Shown: positions 61,891 to 64,000 of the stretch, piece after piece
How the letters are laid out: each line of letters opens with the position of its first letter
Numbering within the stretch: the first letter of the stretch is position 1
Assembly (NCBI GenBank): GCA_965261085.1
Contig: OZ253442.1
Location: 1,152,001 to 1,216,000, forward strand
Reading direction: 5' to 3'
DNA: 64,000 bases
DNA from: a bacterium
GTDB taxonomy: Bacteria > UBA8248
Program-made: the position numbers and the translations under genes
The notes under the pieces: generated by a model
The model's database searches: none
Told to the model about the DNA's origin: nothing
The model's input: only the letters and a program-made list of their open reading frames with translations

Positions 61891-62039
61891 ACTCCCCCCT
61901 TGAGGGGGAGTCAGTGAGGTAAGGGCGTTAGCCCGCTAGTGAACTGGTGGGGGGAGCTTTTACTTTAGAATCATCCCCCCACCGCATCAGCCTTCGCACA
62001 AAACACTCGGCTTCTGCGACTCCCCCTCAAGGGGGGAGT
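61891..62039. repeat. REP-doublet/MITE-like palindromic element
   Basis: ACTCCCCCCTTGAGGGGGAGT at both ends in inverted orientation. Confidence 0.85.
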
Positions 62040-62232
62040 GAATTTGAAGACTCTCAATGCGGAGTGAGAAAATCCTACCCATCCAAGCCGCATCTCTGAG
62101 ATTAGAAATCTTGCCTGCTTAAGGGGTTGCGTGATAGGAAGGTGTGGAGAAGATGACTTGTAAACCGACGGCGGTGGATGCGGACAATGCGTCCCGCTTC
62201 TTTTAGGAACAATGAAACCAGAGGAGCAACCC

Positions 62233-62364
62233 ATGGCGAAAGAACAGAACCCGCCCCCGAGCAGAGCCGGACAGCCTTCGGGAATCAATAAAGGGGTATC
62301 CCGTAAGCCCCCGGTCGCCGGCAAACCTCCTCCTCCCCCCGCTCCACCTCCCAAGAAGAGGTAA
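62233..62364 (+). CDS. 43-aa proline-rich basic peptide
   Basis: GAGGAG RBS; MAKEQNPPPSRAGQPSGINKGVSRKPPVAGKPPPPPAPPPKKR. Confidence 0.45.
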   Translation: MAKEQNPPPSRAGQPSGINKGVSRKPPVAGKPPPPPAPPPKKR

Positions 62365-62450
62365 GGGAGCCCAGGGTTTCGAAGCCGATGGTCGCGTTGA
62401 TGATATCGCGTAAGACGGCCTTGCCGATTATCCAATCTGAACTGCGGATT

Positions 62451-62642
62451 CACTCCCCCCTTGAGGGTCATTTCCGACCGAGAAGGGAGGGAATGTCGCA
62501 GAAGACGAGCCTTTGGCGAAGTCTGATGCGGTGGGGGACGATTCAAATAAAAAAGCTCCCCCCACCGGTTCGCTTTCGGGCTTGCGCCCTTACCTCACCG
62601 TCGGGCTTTCCCCTCGGGAAGCCCGACCTCAAGGGGGGAGTG
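62451..62642. repeat. second REP-doublet/MITE-like element (half copy at 63482-63503)
   Basis: CACTCCCCCCTTGAGG...CCTCAAGGGGGGAGTG. Confidence 0.8.
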
Positions 62643-62683
62643 AAGAGAGCTTGCGCCACCCGATGCCACAGCTTCGTACTACC

Positions 62684-63289
62684 CTACTTGAACCGCGCCT
62701 CGTTAAGCCGCCTGTAGACCTCCGTCCCTCTGAGCACGGGGTTCTCTTCCGCATAATCCCCTGGCGTTTTACCCGATCTGTCTCTTGCCGACGGATTTGC
62801 TCCTGCATCCAGCAGGGCCTCCACGACCGCCGGAGTCTTGCCCTCCAGCGCCGCCGTGTGCAGGGGCGTTTGTTTGTATTTATCCCGCGCGTTCGGATTG
62901 GCTCCGGCTTTCACCAGCGCCTTCACTATCGCCGGCGATTTGCCGAGCGCTGCGGCAGTGTGCAGGGGAGTCGTTCTTTTATACAAGTTCCGCGCGTTCG
63001 GGTCGGCTCCCGCTTTCACCAACGCCTCCACGACCATCGGATTTTTGCTGTAAGCCGCCGCTGTGTGCAGGGGAGCGTCTCCGTTGAATATGCTCCGCGA
63101 GATCGGGTCGGCTCCCGCCTTCAGGCAACGGGAGACATCCGATTCATCGGCGCGCTCGAAGAACTTCTGCGTGTTCCAGTCGTCACACGAAACTTCCGCC
63201 GCCGCGTCGGACGCCGCGCCCATCGCCACCGCGAGCCACAGGCAGAATCCCGTAAGGAACACTTTGAAAAGTCGGGTAAGTAGAGGCAT
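62684..63289 (-). CDS. secreted ankyrin-repeat protein
   Basis: signal peptide; repeated TPLHTAA...VEALVKAGADPNAR. Confidence 0.95.
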   Translation of the reverse strand: MPLLTRLFKVFLTGFCLWLAVAMGAASDAAAEVSCDDWNTQKFFERADESDVSRCLKAGADPISRSIFNGDAPLHTAAAYSKNPMVVEALVKAGADPNARNLYKRTTPLHTAAALGKSPAIVKALVKAGANPNARDKYKQTPLHTAALEGKTPAVVEALLDAGANPSARDRSGKTPGDYAEENPVLRGTEVYRRLNEARFK

Positions 63290-63714
63290 CTCAATTTCTT
63301 CCTTTTCCCCCACCTCTTCCACTTCACGAAATCCAGCCACCACGTCTATCTTACCGCGTTTTTGAGATTAGGCCTTGTTCGTCATTCCTGAGTATGCCGG
63401 AATCCAGGCGGATGAGGAACGGGCTGTCGATCCCGACAATAGAGGGTAAAACGCGATAGAAGTGGTAGATGCTCCGTAATAACTCCCCCTCATGGGGGGA
63501 GTGAAGAAACCTACCCATCCAAGCCGCAGTTTCGTAGTACCCTCCTTGAACCGTGCGTCATTCAACCGTCGAGGTTTCACTAAGTATCCCCGGTGTGTGC
63601 GAGGTGTTAATCTTATAGTGTGCATTGCTGGGTTGATCCCAGTCTCATCAGAGTATTGCCGAACTGTCTTGAAAACACTCATCCAAAGTGATGAACATCT
63701 AGTAGAGGAGTGAG

Positions 63715-64000
63715 ATGTCTGAATCTGAAACGAGAACTAACGGAGGCGACGAGAGGCTTGAACTAGACGCGCTAAAGGCCAGCATCCTATCGAACGAAAT
63801 TTCAATCTTCGATCTGTTACGTTCTGTGCCAAGTGGTGATTTTTGGGCGTTTGTTCAGTGGAAGCGCTTATTCTACGTCTTGTTGGAAGAACCAAACTTT
63901 CGGCAGCAGTTTGTAGCAGAGTCGCGCTCAATGATGGTTAAGGCAGGTTTCAACCCTGATGATGACGTGATAGGTAAGAACCTTACGAAAAAGGATGCCT
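63715..64000 (+). CDS. hypothetical protein, runs off the window
   Basis: GAGGAG RBS, open frame MSESETRTNGG... to the end. Confidence 0.5.
   Translation, partial: MSESETRTNGGDERLELDALKASILSNEISIFDLLRSVPSGDFWAFVQWKRLFYVLLEEPNFRQQFVAESRSMMVKAGFNPDDDVIGKNLTKKDA

Overview
Accessory mosaic from a GC-rich bacterium. The eukaryote-like SRCR, LRR and ankyrin proteins suggest an animal (e.g. sponge) symbiont, but that is inference. (i) 1-3.9 kb: DUF5131 gene, a tcmP remnant, a low-GC GHKL-ATPase/PD-(D/E)xK nuclease gene broken by one TAA, and a Leu-bodied tRNA gene with a Trp (CCA) anticodon. (ii) About 3.9-40.7 kb: an F-type conjugative element. It has a MOBF-like oriT, an RHH gene, trwC relaxase, traD, traA-L-E-K-B-V-C-trbI-peptidase-W-U-trbC-N-F-H-G and a CI/Cro-xis-like switch. 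Its cargo is a frameshifted giant autotransporter behind a promoter plus (TCAAGCC)x26, and a LysR gene. No integrase or Rep gene is visible. (iii) About 41-58.7 kb: a catabolic island with three UGA selenoprotein genes missed by the ORF track (DsbA-like UxxC, GrdA, GrdB), an atypical glycine/betaine-reductase-like operon, a triple AhpD/CMD protein, TauE, IclR, ABC and TTT transporters, and an IS1595. (iv) 59-64 kb: an autotransporter remnant, REP/MITE-like palindromes, antitoxin remnants and an ankyrin gene. Three copies of an unnamed recombination-like site (about 3.9, 40.7 and 61.4 kb) delimit blocks ii and iii. Two of them adjoin an inverted-repeat-flanked segment that appears in opposite orientations.
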